A DNA stretch of 64,000 nucleotides, taken from positions 16,929 through 80,928 of the forward strand of contig SHWZ01000002.1 in the NCBI GenBank assembly GCA_009693575.1, given 5' to 3'. The stretch is from Flavobacteriaceae bacterium. GTDB taxonomy: Bacteria; Bacteroidota; Bacteroidia; UKL13-3. The notes under the pieces were generated by a model. That model did no database searches and was not told the DNA's origin. It saw only the letters and a program-made list of their open reading frames with translations. The position numbers were made by a program, and so were the translations under genes. Shown here piece after piece: positions 40,266 to 50,274 of the stretch. Numbering within the stretch: position 1 is the stretch's first letter; every line of letters begins with the position of its first letter.

Positions 40266-41045
40266 ATGAAAAATAATTTTAGCTGCAAAGCTACCCAGTT
40301 ACTTCCCTTAATTATCATTTTGGCATTTTCCTCCTGTAGCGGCGGCAAGGTAAAAGAAGGAAACAAGGAATCTGTAAAAACATTCAATCTTGGTTCAATA
40401 GAGTCCCTTGCTCCGCTGAAGTTTTCAAAAAAAATATCAGAATATGTGGAAATAAATCTGTTAGATGTGCGAACAGCCGACGAGTATGCTGGAGGCCACC
40501 TTGAGCATGCAGCCAATCTGGATGTGAGCAGTCATGAATTTGAAAAAAACATTTTGATGCTAAAAAAAGAGATACCCGTGTTTTTGTATTGTCGATCCGG
40601 TAGCAGAAGCTTTCAAGCGGCTGAAACTTTACAGGATCTAGGCTTCAAGCAGATTTATACTCTGGACGGCGGAGCTGTGGCGTGGCAAAGTGCTGGGCTA
40701 GCATTGATAACTCCATCGTCTCCTAAAAATAAAGGAATGAGCATAAAAGAATATAGAAAGCTTACTTCTTCGAGCCAATTAGTTTTGGTAGATTTCAGTG
40801 CGGTGTGGTGCGGCCCCTGTAGGCAACTAAAGCCAATTATCCAAGAAATAGCTACGAAAAATAAAGATGTAGTGAAATTGATTGAAGTTGATGTTGATGA
40901 AAATCCACTATTGGCCAGCGAGATAAACATCAGTTCAATACCGGCTTTAAATCTTTATAAAAACGGAAACAAAGTTTGGAGCATCATAGGCTTCGATGAA
41001 AACACGGAGGCCAGCATCTACAAAGCCATATTGAAAAACAAATAA
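40266..41045 (+). CDS. Lipoprotein with fused rhodanese and thioredoxin domains
   Basis: Lipobox FSS-C; rhodanese motifs LLDVRT.DEY..GH, YCRSGSRS and LDGG..AW; thioredoxin motif DFSAVWCGPC. Confidence 0.88.
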   Translation: MKNNFSCKATQLLPLIIILAFSSCSGGKVKEGNKESVKTFNLGSIESLAPLKFSKKISEYVEINLLDVRTADEYAGGHLEHAANLDVSSHEFEKNILMLKKEIPVFLYCRSGSRSFQAAETLQDLGFKQIYTLDGGAVAWQSAGLALITPSSPKNKGMSIKEYRKLTSSSQLVLVDFSAVWCGPCRQLKPIIQEIATKNKDVVKLIEVDVDENPLLASEINISSIPALNLYKNGNKVWSIIGFDENTEASIYKAILKNK

Positions 41046-41756
41046 GTGAATAAACTAATTTACTTTTTGCCTTTGTTTCCGCTTTTGGGAGGCTGTTTGG
41101 CTCTCTTTTCCGGGCAGTTCAAAACAGCGAACATAAAACTGTTTGTTGCTTTTAGTGGAGCTTTTCTATTTTCGATTACCATACTCAATATATTCCCTGA
41201 AATATTTGGTCGAAGTGATGGAAACCCAAGCATATTCATCCTTTTTGGCTTTTTGTTTCAGTTGGTTATTGAACAATTTACCAAAGGACTTGAACATGGT
41301 CACCTCCACCTGCACAAGGAAAAAAACTTCATGCTCGCTCCTCTTTTCATCAGCCTTTCGTTGCATTCTTTTTTGGAAGGATATCCATTAGGTGGCAACT
41401 TTTTCGAGCCTGGCACCAAGACTGGTTTTATTGTTGGAATAGGTTTTCACGAAATTCCAGCAGCTTTTGCATTGGTCACCATTATCAGGGAAAATGGGGC
41501 TAGTATAGGTAAGACCTTTGGATTTCTGTTGATGTATTCCTGCATGTGCTTGCTAGGGGTTGCTTTCTCTTCCATACTTGGAAGTAGCGGCTTCGATTGG
41601 GTACAGTTGCCAGCCTTGGCATTTGTGGCAGGTATTTTTCTACATATTTCTACTACCATTCTATTCGAAAACAGCGAAAACCATTTGTACAACCGTTTGA
41701 AACTTGTATCTATCATTCTTGGGATGGGTTTGGCAGCAGGTATTTCTTATTTTTGA
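41046..41756 (+). CDS. ZIP family metal transporter
   Basis: His-rich loop EHGHLHLH; HSFLEG and HEIP transmembrane metal-site motifs. Confidence 0.88.
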   Translation: MNKLIYFLPLFPLLGGCLALFSGQFKTANIKLFVAFSGAFLFSITILNIFPEIFGRSDGNPSIFILFGFLFQLVIEQFTKGLEHGHLHLHKEKNFMLAPLFISLSLHSFLEGYPLGGNFFEPGTKTGFIVGIGFHEIPAAFALVTIIRENGASIGKTFGFLLMYSCMCLLGVAFSSILGSSGFDWVQLPALAFVAGIFLHISTTILFENSENHLYNRLKLVSIILGMGLAAGISYF

Positions 41757-41758
41757 AA

Positions 41759-42193
41759 ATGAAACTTGTAAACCGAAAGGCCCATTTTGAATACGCCATA
41801 AGTGACAAAAACATTGCTGGCATTGTGTTGACAGGCACTGAGATCAAATCAATAAGAGAGGGGACCGCTAATATTGCTGAGGCTTATTGCTTGTTCTACA
41901 ACGACCAACTTTGGGTAAAGAACATGAACATAAGCCACTGGAAACAGGGCAGCTATGCCAACCATGAACCCTTACGTGATAGGCTGCTGCTGCTGAACAA
42001 GGCGGAAAAGAAAAAGCTCTACACCAAAACTCGAGAGAAAGGGGTGACCATCGTGCCGCTCTCACTTTTCTTTTCTGAGACAGGTTATGCCAAACTAGAA
42101 ATAGGCATTGGAAAGGGCAAAAAAGCTTTTGACAAGCGAGAAAGTATCAAAGAACGCGATGTGGAAAGAAGTCTTAGGCGGGCAGAAGAATAA
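41759..42193 (+). CDS. smpB: SsrA-binding protein
   Basis: NRKAHFEY, AGIVLTGTEIKSIR, RDRLLLL and GKGKKAFDKRE. True start at ATG 41759. Confidence 0.96.
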   Translation: MKLVNRKAHFEYAISDKNIAGIVLTGTEIKSIREGTANIAEAYCLFYNDQLWVKNMNISHWKQGSYANHEPLRDRLLLLNKAEKKKLYTKTREKGVTIVPLSLFFSETGYAKLEIGIGKGKKAFDKRESIKERDVERSLRRAEE

Positions 42194-42264
42194 ATTTGAC
42201 ATCTAAGTAACTTCCTCGATAATTTTGCACATCGAATTCAAAAATAAATATTAAACCTACTAAC

Positions 42265-45200
42265 ATGAATACTATTGCTAAAGCAATCAAGGCTTTACTG
42301 CTGACTTTGTCCCTTTTTATGATGTTTGCTGCATCCAAATCATACGCTCAGGGGCATTGCACACCCACCTACCCCGCAGGAACTAATTGCGATGAATTCG
42401 ATTTGATAACCAAGGTGTGGGTAGTTGGAACGGATTTCTATAACGAAATACCTACTTGTATCAATGGTTCCCGATTCTTTGATTACTCATCCAATACAAG
42501 TGAGGCTACTTTGCACCGTAATGCTGGATTTAACACTTATACATTGAGTGTAACAACGAACGATGACCACATTATTTCGATGTGGATTGACTACAACCAT
42601 GATTCTATATTTTCAGGTGCCGAATGGGTACAGGTGTGTACCACTAGCTCAGCCAATACAGCCAATACAGTATCTTTCACTGTTCCTGCAAGTGCTAAGC
42701 TTGGCTCTACTCGTATGCGAATACGCAGCAGATATTCGGGCTTGCTAAATGATACAGGTAGTGCCTGCATAAGCATGCTATCTGGTGCGGCCCATGATTA
42801 TCATATAAACATTGACACTATAGCTGGCTGCAGCGGAACCCCTACTGCCGGAAGTGTCAACGCTACTCGAGATAGTTTCTGCTCAGGTGAGAACTCGAAC
42901 ATGTATATGCCAAGTGCTACCGCAGGCATAAGCATTACTTACCAATGGCAATCGTCGACCGATACTGTGAACTGGACTGCTATTAATGGAGCTACACTGC
43001 CAGCATATCTTGCTACCAACCTCACAGCCACAAAATACTACCGATGCTACATTGTGTGCAACAATTCTAACGCAGATACCTCGAAATTCAAACTTGTTAA
43101 ATTGCATGCCCCCGTATTTTGCAATTGTGCCTCGGGAGCCGGTAGTACAGCCGATGATGATATTGGGAATGTAAGTATTTCGAACTTAAATAATGGCAAC
43201 GCATCGCCAGCCCAAAATAATTCAACAGCAACAAGGACTTACTCAGATTTTACACACTTATCGCCTGCCATCCTAGTTCTTGGCGATTCAATTCCATTGT
43301 CAGTGACTCAAATTAATAAATCCGGGTTTATTGCATGTTATATGAAGGTTTTTATAGATAAGAATATGGATGGCACCTTCACCCCAAGCACAGAAACGGT
43401 AATGCAAGAAGCAACGACTGCTGGGGCTGGCAATAATACCATTTCTAAAAAAATATACCTTGATACGAATCTAGCAACTGGCTATACCCGCATGAGAATT
43501 GTATTGATAGAAAGTGCTTTGGCAGCCAATGTTGCACCATGTGGCAGCTATGGATATGGCGAGACAGAAGACTACACTCTCTACTTTAGCAAAAGCCCAT
43601 GCACGACACCACCAACGGCTGGTCAAACTATTGTATCAAGCAACAATGAGTGTGCGGGGACTACTTTCAAACTTAGCCTGCAAGGTAATAGTGTTGGTAA
43701 AGGTCAAACCTACCAATGGCAGTTATCAACCGATAGCGTTACTTGGTCAAATGTGACTGGAGCTACTTCATTGGTGCTAAACACAAATCAAACAGCGAAT
43801 AAATACTATAGATGTATGGTAACTTGCAGTGGTAACTCTGATTCTTCAGCACATCAATTAGTAACTTGTAGGGTAGCCAACCAATGCTATTGCGAACCGA
43901 AACACGCTACTTGTACTGGAAGCGATATTATTACCAACGTAAATATTCTCAGCACTTGCCTCAACAACAATGTGAGTGGCTGCAATACCACTAGCCCTGA
44001 TTATTACTACGATTTTACAGGTATTGCCTTACCTATTCTAATTCCAGGTCAGAACTATTCCTTGGGTGTGACCACGAATGAAGTGAACGTCATTTCGGTA
44101 TGGATTGACTATGACCAAGATGGACAACTTGAAGCTTCAGAATGGGTGCAGGTGACCACAAACAGTACTGCATATCAAGAAACAGTAAAAACCATTACTA
44201 TTCCAGCCGGGGCTAAAGGAGGAGTAACCCGAATGAGGATTCGAATAAACGTTAAGGCAAGTCAGAATGGTTCGGGGGACGCATGTACAAATATGAGTGG
44301 TGGAGTTGCTCATGACTATAATGTGAACATACGTAAACCATTGGCGAAGGATGTAGCTGTCAGTTCCATGGTGACTCCAGAAAATGGCCTTTGTTTCTCG
44401 GCCAATGAAGCTGTAGAAATAGCCCTTGCCAACACAGGAAAGGACACCATAAACATGGCTAAAGACAGTGTGCACCTAAGTGTGGAAATGACTGTGAGTG
44501 GAAATACTTCAACAATGGATACGGTGATTACTTCAGGCAAGATTGCCCCAGGAGGCTTATTCAACGTCATTTTCAACAATACGTTTGACATGAGCACAGG
44601 CAGTATTGATTACACCTTTCTTATCAAAGCATCATTTGCTTTGGCAGTAGACAGCCAAGGTTGCAATGATAGTATTTTAGAGACTAGGTATTCCACAACT
44701 CCTATTTCTCAGCCATACATCGAAGATTTTGAATACCCATCATCGTTACCTATCACATTTACCAGCAATGGATATAAAACAAACACTGGAACGGGGGCAG
44801 GTACCCCAGCGACTATAAGTTTAAGGGCTGCTATGTCATCTGGTGCGAAAGATGTATATTGTTACACACCACTTCTGGGGCCACTAACTAACATTTCTAC
44901 TTTCAAATTCAGTTACCGCACCACCACACAAGTACCTAGTGGTGATAGTGTTTGCATATTTGTATCTGCTGATTGTGGCAAAAATTTTGACCAATTGTTC
45001 ACCATCAAAAGTTCAAATTCAATTGGTAATACCTTCAAGGTGATGCAACTCAACCTAGATAAATACTCAGGGAGCAATGTCATCATCAGTATTGCGAATT
45101 TCTATAAGAGCGGCAGCACTTACAATGTTGATTTTGATGATTTTGCTGTAGGTGAAAGACCAGAAATTGACCTTGGGCCCGACACTTCCATTTGCGGTAG

Positions 45201-46884
45201 CATCACCATTGATGGCAATCCAAATGGGCTTACGTTGGATTATATGTGGAACAATGGCAATACTACACCTAAGCGGACCTTTGGAGCCACTGGCACCTAT
45301 ATTTTGAAAGCCATTGACCCTACTTCAGCAATTTTTGCTGTTGATACTGTTCGAATTGTTGTTTACAACAAGCCAACCGTAACTATTCCTAGCTATATCT
45401 CTATTTGCCCTGGTGGCTCTGCGTCAGCAATAGATGCCGGCACTTGGCCATCAAACTATGCGATCCTTTGGAGTAGTGGCGACACATCACGACTATTCAC
45501 ACCAACCACTTCAGGAACATATATTTTAACTGTTACTACACCAGGAGGCTGTTTTGGTGTGGACACAGTAGTGATTGCCTATTCTAAAAGGCCTTCAGGT
45601 GTTGAAATTATACAAGGTTCACCATTCAATGGTAAATTTAATAATGGAACACCTGATGAAGTGTGCATAGGAAGTACCATAACCTATGAACTTACGCCAC
45701 CATCAGGGTACAGCAATGCTGATTTCGGCAAAAAATGGAAAGTGGTAGGGAATGGACCTATTCTAATGACATCAAATGGCACTATGCCAGCAACAGGCAC
45801 CGTATCTGCAAAGCCTGCCACTGCATCCACCAATGCTCAAATGACCTTTCAGCCAAGAGCCTCCGAAAGCGACTCAAGCTATACTATCTATTTGACTGTG
45901 AAAGATTCAGTAACTGGCTGTGATACTGTAATTTTGCGTTCACTGCAAGTGCATGGATTGCCCATTGTTACTATTGGTGACCAATTAGTTTGCCCAGGGT
46001 CTTCAGCCACATTCGATGCTGGAACTTTTAGCAATTACAGTTGGAGCACCGGCGATACCACGCAGACTATTTCAACAAGCACAGGTGGTAAATATTCTGT
46101 AGAAGTTACCGATGCCAATGGGTGCAAAAACATAGATACCACGAACTTGACCATTTTCAAAGCACCAATTGCCAATTTAGGCCCCGATAAAAAGATTTGT
46201 CCTGGAGTTCTTTATACGCTAAGTGCAGGTACTTTCAACGGCTACACATGGAGCACATCTGAAAGCACCAGGACAATTTCAATTAACGCAGAGGGTGACT
46301 ACTTTGTAGAAGTAACTGATTCAAATGGATGCAAAGACATTGATAGCATAAACATTACTTTTTTGCCTAAGCCTATCGTTACTTTTAGTCAATCTATTGT
46401 TGGTTTGAATGTGACCTTCACACCAAGCGACCTCAACTTACAGAGCTACCACTGGTATTTTGGTGATGGTGGGCAAAGCTATACTAAAATTGCAACCCAC
46501 GCCTATCCATCAATGGGAAATTACAACGTGTCGCTTGTAACTACTGGTAACAATGGTTGTATGGACAGTTTGAACCAGCCCCTCGACCTAAACAATGCAA
46601 TAAGTAATATTGAAGGTTTAAGCAGCATTAATGTTTTCCCAAATCCATACGCTGATCAAACTACCTTGCAATTAAACCTAAGCAAAACAGCTAAAGTAAC
46701 TGTAGTGCTTTTCGATCAACTCGGAAGAAAAATTGCCACCATAGCCGACCGCAATATGACGGCAGGTGCTAATCTGATAACTATTGACACACGCCAATAT
46801 CAAGCTGCCCGTGGAATCTACGATGTGCAAATAACTGTGAACGACCAACGGACCAACCTGCGAATTGTAGACCTAGGAAGATAA
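42265..46884 (+). CDS. Second giant T9SS surface protein: 3 GEVED domains, Ig-like linkers, CARDB-like and adhesin-like domains, PKD and C-terminal domain
   Basis: Signal peptide; three GEVED units ending GAAHDY, GETEDY and GVAHDY; YQWQ.STD..YYRC linkers; DVAVSSMVTP; YIEDFE...FDDFAV; WYFGDG; VFPNPY C-terminal domain. Confidence 0.85.
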   Translation: MNTIAKAIKALLLTLSLFMMFAASKSYAQGHCTPTYPAGTNCDEFDLITKVWVVGTDFYNEIPTCINGSRFFDYSSNTSEATLHRNAGFNTYTLSVTTNDDHIISMWIDYNHDSIFSGAEWVQVCTTSSANTANTVSFTVPASAKLGSTRMRIRSRYSGLLNDTGSACISMLSGAAHDYHINIDTIAGCSGTPTAGSVNATRDSFCSGENSNMYMPSATAGISITYQWQSSTDTVNWTAINGATLPAYLATNLTATKYYRCYIVCNNSNADTSKFKLVKLHAPVFCNCASGAGSTADDDIGNVSISNLNNGNASPAQNNSTATRTYSDFTHLSPAILVLGDSIPLSVTQINKSGFIACYMKVFIDKNMDGTFTPSTETVMQEATTAGAGNNTISKKIYLDTNLATGYTRMRIVLIESALAANVAPCGSYGYGETEDYTLYFSKSPCTTPPTAGQTIVSSNNECAGTTFKLSLQGNSVGKGQTYQWQLSTDSVTWSNVTGATSLVLNTNQTANKYYRCMVTCSGNSDSSAHQLVTCRVANQCYCEPKHATCTGSDIITNVNILSTCLNNNVSGCNTTSPDYYYDFTGIALPILIPGQNYSLGVTTNEVNVISVWIDYDQDGQLEASEWVQVTTNSTAYQETVKTITIPAGAKGGVTRMRIRINVKASQNGSGDACTNMSGGVAHDYNVNIRKPLAKDVAVSSMVTPENGLCFSANEAVEIALANTGKDTINMAKDSVHLSVEMTVSGNTSTMDTVITSGKIAPGGLFNVIFNNTFDMSTGSIDYTFLIKASFALAVDSQGCNDSILETRYSTTPISQPYIEDFEYPSSLPITFTSNGYKTNTGTGAGTPATISLRAAMSSGAKDVYCYTPLLGPLTNISTFKFSYRTTTQVPSGDSVCIFVSADCGKNFDQLFTIKSSNSIGNTFKVMQLNLDKYSGSNVIISIANFYKSGSTYNVDFDDFAVGERPEIDLGPDTSICGSITIDGNPNGLTLDYMWNNGNTTPKRTFGATGTYILKAIDPTSAIFAVDTVRIVVYNKPTVTIPSYISICPGGSASAIDAGTWPSNYAILWSSGDTSRLFTPTTSGTYILTVTTPGGCFGVDTVVIAYSKRPSGVEIIQGSPFNGKFNNGTPDEVCIGSTITYELTPPSGYSNADFGKKWKVVGNGPILMTSNGTMPATGTVSAKPATASTNAQMTFQPRASESDSSYTIYLTVKDSVTGCDTVILRSLQVHGLPIVTIGDQLVCPGSSATFDAGTFSNYSWSTGDTTQTISTSTGGKYSVEVTDANGCKNIDTTNLTIFKAPIANLGPDKKICPGVLYTLSAGTFNGYTWSTSESTRTISINAEGDYFVEVTDSNGCKDIDSINITFLPKPIVTFSQSIVGLNVTFTPSDLNLQSYHWYFGDGGQSYTKIATHAYPSMGNYNVSLVTTGNNGCMDSLNQPLDLNNAISNIEGLSSINVFPNPYADQTTLQLNLSKTAKVTVVLFDQLGRKIATIADRNMTAGANLITIDTRQYQAARGIYDVQITVNDQRTNLRIVDLGR

Positions 46885-46917
46885 AGGAGATACGTAAATA
46901 ACTCGTTCAAATCACTA

Positions 46918-46948
46918 AAATGCCCAGCCAAAATTTGGCTGGGCATTT
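46918..46948. terminator. Intrinsic terminator between convergent genes
   Basis: AAATGCCCAGCCA-AAATT-TGGCTGGGCATTT stem flanked by A and T runs. Confidence 0.8.
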
Positions 46949-47040
46949 GTTTAACAATCCAATCAATCAAGTTAAAAACAAAATATATACTTTAAATTAT
47001 GCAAGGTTTGAAGTTTAGAACCGCTACCAGCATTGCTCAA

Positions 47041-47478
47041 TCACTCATTGCTAATATTAAAATCAGAAGATAGCTGATGTTGATTGGTTATTTTTAACCG
47101 AACTCCATAACCAATATATGCTTGAAAACTTGGCAATCTGATCGGTGGATTAAATGAAAATCTTCTATAGTATAGAAAATGTAGATTTAGGTAAGGGTCA
47201 AAAATGGCACTTTTTTTATTCAGCATTCTCGCATAATTGATAAAAGCTCCCACTTCACCTTCAAGATAACTATCAGGGTAATTTATGAATGACAACCCAA
47301 GTTCCAAATGATTGCGACTTTGCTTGATGCCTAAAGACAGGTTGTAAGCAAGATATCGTTGGCTCTGCTTGTGAAAATTGATGCTGGCACCAATACTAAA
47401 AGTAGTTGAGTCTTTAGCCCGCAAATCGAACAAGCAACCAAGTAGTAGCATCGTGAATAAAGCAATTTGTTTCATCAT
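47041..47478 (-). CDS. Putative outer-membrane beta-barrel protein, possibly prematurely terminated
   Basis: Signal peptide and alternating beta-strand pattern (LSLGIK, LELGL, YIGYGVRL). The frame stays open after TGA to ...LHNLKYIFCF* at 46972. Confidence 0.55.
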   Translation of the reverse strand: MMKQIALFTMLLLGCLFDLRAKDSTTFSIGASINFHKQSQRYLAYNLSLGIKQSRNHLELGLSFINYPDSYLEGEVGAFINYARMLNKKSAIFDPYLNLHFLYYRRFSFNPPIRLPSFQAYIGYGVRLKITNQHQLSSDFNISNE

Positions 47479-47522
47479 CTCAATTGGCAACTATATACTC
47501 CAAACTAAGAACTAAAAACTCT

Positions 47523-48230
47523 TCAAGGCGTATGCCCAACCATAGTCATCTTGGTACGGGTTCCATACCAACGGTTGTGGCTAGTGCCTCCTGTGAAGTT
47601 GATAGAGTCAGATTCATGATAAACCATTCCAATACCTTTGGCAAATATCTCTTTTTGGGTGCATTTGAACACAGCATTGCTATCATTTTCTGGTATGTCC
47701 GATTTGCGTTCAACAGTCACTGTGCTGTCCAAAATAGAATTCCCAATCTGCATGCCTATGTAAACTGCGGTATATTTAAGCCGCTCCGCGTCCTGAGCAT
47801 TATAGATGTTTCCGTTCCAGCTTTTATCTTTCCCCACTGGGAACACCAGTTTCACCAATCGTTTATTGTCTTCGCTGCGTTCAAAATTGTATTCGGAAAG
47901 AAGAGAAGAATATACTTTATAAGGAAGCCAATTGTCGCTGTCATTTTTACGAGTGTAAAGCACCAACCGGTTGGCTTGGTTTCCTGCATTATCGATAAAT
48001 CTAGATTCAATTATTTCACGTAACTGAAACCTATCTGTATCAGGAAGGGCAGAGGTTTTGAAGTCGTCCCAACGAAGTCGGTATACATCATAAATCACTT
48101 CATAACCGACCTTGTTTGGGTAGAGCGATTTGCCAATTTCACGAGGGTCGTTGTCTATTTCGCCAATGCAGGCTGTAAATGCTATTACACCTGTTGCTAG
48201 TAAGAGAAGCACGGAGTTGTTTACTTTCAT
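47523..48230 (-). CDS. Hypothetical lipoprotein
   Basis: Lipobox FTA-C; YP..VGY...Y, VKLVFPV....WNGN and FAKGIGMVY resemble a Bacteroidota lipoprotein family. Confidence 0.75.
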   Translation of the reverse strand: MKVNNSVLLLLATGVIAFTACIGEIDNDPREIGKSLYPNKVGYEVIYDVYRLRWDDFKTSALPDTDRFQLREIIESRFIDNAGNQANRLVLYTRKNDSDNWLPYKVYSSLLSEYNFERSEDNKRLVKLVFPVGKDKSWNGNIYNAQDAERLKYTAVYIGMQIGNSILDSTVTVERKSDIPENDSNAVFKCTQKEIFAKGIGMVYHESDSINFTGGTSHNRWYGTRTKMTMVGHTP

Positions 48231-48238
48231 GCGGTAGC

Positions 48239-49357
48239 CTAAAATTCTTTCGTTATAGGGGCTTCAAAACTGCTTTTTATCCAACCACCACCCACCACGT
48301 CTTCACCTTCGTAAAACACTGCTGCCTGCCCTGGGGCTATGGCACTCACGTGGCTATGGAATTTCACTTCCATATAGCCGTCAACTTCCTTGATAGTGGC
48401 TGCCTCTGATGGGCTTTTGTAGCGGATTTTGGTTTGGGTCTCCAAAGGTTGGTTTATGCTTTCGTATTTTTGCAAATTGACCCCTCCTACCCACATTCCG
48501 TTGCGTTCCAATTCGTGTTCTTTTCCAAGTATAACTGTATTGGTTTCTGGCACAATTTGCACGACAAACATGGGTTCGCCCATTGCTATCTCCAAACCTC
48601 TTCTTTGCCCAATTGTGTAAAAGGGGTAGCCCTTGTGACGGCCTACTACTGTGCCGTCCATCAGCACAAAGTTTCCGCCGTCCACTTTTGCTTCCAGTCC
48701 TTCCACCCTGCGTTTCAAAAATCCACGGTAGTCATTGTCGGGCACAAAACAAATTTCGTAGCTTTCGCTCTTCTTGGCCAATTCGTGATAGCCCCAGTCT
48801 ATGGCCATTTGCTTGATGTCTTGCTTGTGCATACCCCCAACTGGAAAAATGGTTCTTGCAAGGCTGCGTTGGCTAAGTCCCCACAATACATAGCTTTGGT
48901 CTTTGTTGTCGTCAAGCCCTTTGCTCACCACAAAACGCCCGTTTTCTTCCCTCACCTTTGCATAGTGGCCTGTGGCAATATGAGAACATTCGAGCTGGTC
49001 GGCCCGCTTCAGCAGAGCTTCCCATTTTATGTGCGTATTGCAGAGCACACAAGGGTTTGGAGTGCGGCCTGCTAAGTATTCGTCCACAAAATTGTCAATT
49101 ACAAAATTGCCAAACTCATCCCTAATGTCTAGTATAATGTGGTGAATGCCATGCTCCACTGCTATTGCCCGTGCATCGTTGATGCTATCCAAGCTGCAAC
49201 AGCCTGTCTCCTTCTTGCTTCCGCCGCTTGAGGCATAGTCCCAGGTTTTCATAGTCACACCCACCACGTCCCAGCCCTGCTCTCGCAACATCACTGCAGT
49301 TACTGTGCTGTCAATGCCACCACTCATGGCTACCAATATTTTCCCGTGCTTACTCAT
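48239..49357 (-). CDS. mnmA: tRNA 2-thiouridine(34) synthase
   Basis: AMSGGIDS, GRTPNPCVLCN, IATGHYA, KDQSY, ESYEICF, YTIGQRRG and PGQAAVFY. Confidence 0.97.
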   Translation of the reverse strand: MSKHGKILVAMSGGIDSTVTAVMLREQGWDVVGVTMKTWDYASSGGSKKETGCCSLDSINDARAIAVEHGIHHIILDIRDEFGNFVIDNFVDEYLAGRTPNPCVLCNTHIKWEALLKRADQLECSHIATGHYAKVREENGRFVVSKGLDDNKDQSYVLWGLSQRSLARTIFPVGGMHKQDIKQMAIDWGYHELAKKSESYEICFVPDNDYRGFLKRRVEGLEAKVDGGNFVLMDGTVVGRHKGYPFYTIGQRRGLEIAMGEPMFVVQIVPETNTVILGKEHELERNGMWVGGVNLQKYESINQPLETQTKIRYKSPSEAATIKEVDGYMEVKFHSHVSAIAPGQAAVFYEGEDVVGGGWIKSSFEAPITKEF

Positions 49358-49519
49358 TGCTGCTGCAAAGGTAACTTAGCTTTGATTTTGTAATGATCTT
49401 GGTGATAGATTTACCATAGTGAAAGGTAGAGGTATGTTGCCAAAGTGTCTATCAATTCTGCGGTAAATCGGAACACGCTAGCTGCAAATTCACATAGGAT
49501 TTGTTTTGGTATATGCTAA

Positions 49520-49527
49520 TACCTTTG
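49520..49527 (+). promoter_or_regulatory. -7 promoter box upstream of the HMG-CoA reductase relic
   Basis: TACCTTTG, 25 bp before ATG 49552. Confidence 0.55.
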
Positions 49528-49551
49528 CCCGAACCAATAAAACCATGTCAC

Positions 49552-49893
49552 ATGTCAACATCATCGGAGAAAGCTAAGAAGCTTATCAAAATGTTCGAAA
49601 ATATTCAGCCTTGGGACAAGATGCTGGAAAAAATTGCAGCCAAAGAAACCGACGGCACCGAATCAACCACAGCTATACCGGGTCTGCTAAGCTAGACAAA
49701 AGAATCTTGGGACAAGCGATTGAAGTTTCTGGAAACAGTGAGCGACAAAAAGCTGCCAATACTGAGCGGCAAAGAGCCAACGCCTTCCGACCCTGAATTT
49801 TACAAAGGGAACATCGAAAACTTCATAGGCATGACGCAGGTGCCAACCGGACTGGTTGGGCCACTGCATATAAATGGAACGGCTGCTAAATGA
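49552..49893 (+). pseudogene. Hydroxymethylglutaryl-CoA reductase, 5' fragment with in-frame stops
   Basis: In-frame translation ...FYKGNIENFIGMTQVPTGLVGPLHINGTAAK* matches the class I HMGR motif NIENxIG..QVP.G..GPL.ING. TAG at 49693 and TGA at 49891; the ATTEG and catalytic parts are absent. Confidence 0.8.
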
Positions 49894-50274
49894 CTAGTAT
49901 ATATTAAATGCTAGACGAAGAATCTTGTCCCCCCCTATATCAGCAATTGGCATCGGGAAGAGTTTTAAAACTATTTCACTAGGGTGAGTAAACGCTACAG
50001 AAGAAGATCAGACTTTGGAATGGCACGAAAAATATTCATAGCAATTGGTGAAAAATTGGCAGTTGCCAAAAACATCGAAAATCCCCTCAATGTAATTTGG
50101 CTTAGAATAAACGAAACATTTGATTTCCTAAAAGGCACAGCAGTAGCTACTGAATAGATTGCTTTGACCGCAATTCGATTTCGACAAGATAAATGACGCC
50201 TTTGTCAAAGCTAACCAAGCATTCCACGATTCAATCGCCCACCCTACCTTCGCATAAAATTTAGGTTACAATAG

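Noticed and set aside
41759-42264. tmRNA (ssrA) next to smpB
   Set aside because: Only 71 bp separate smpB from the next gene; no tRNA-like ends are visible.
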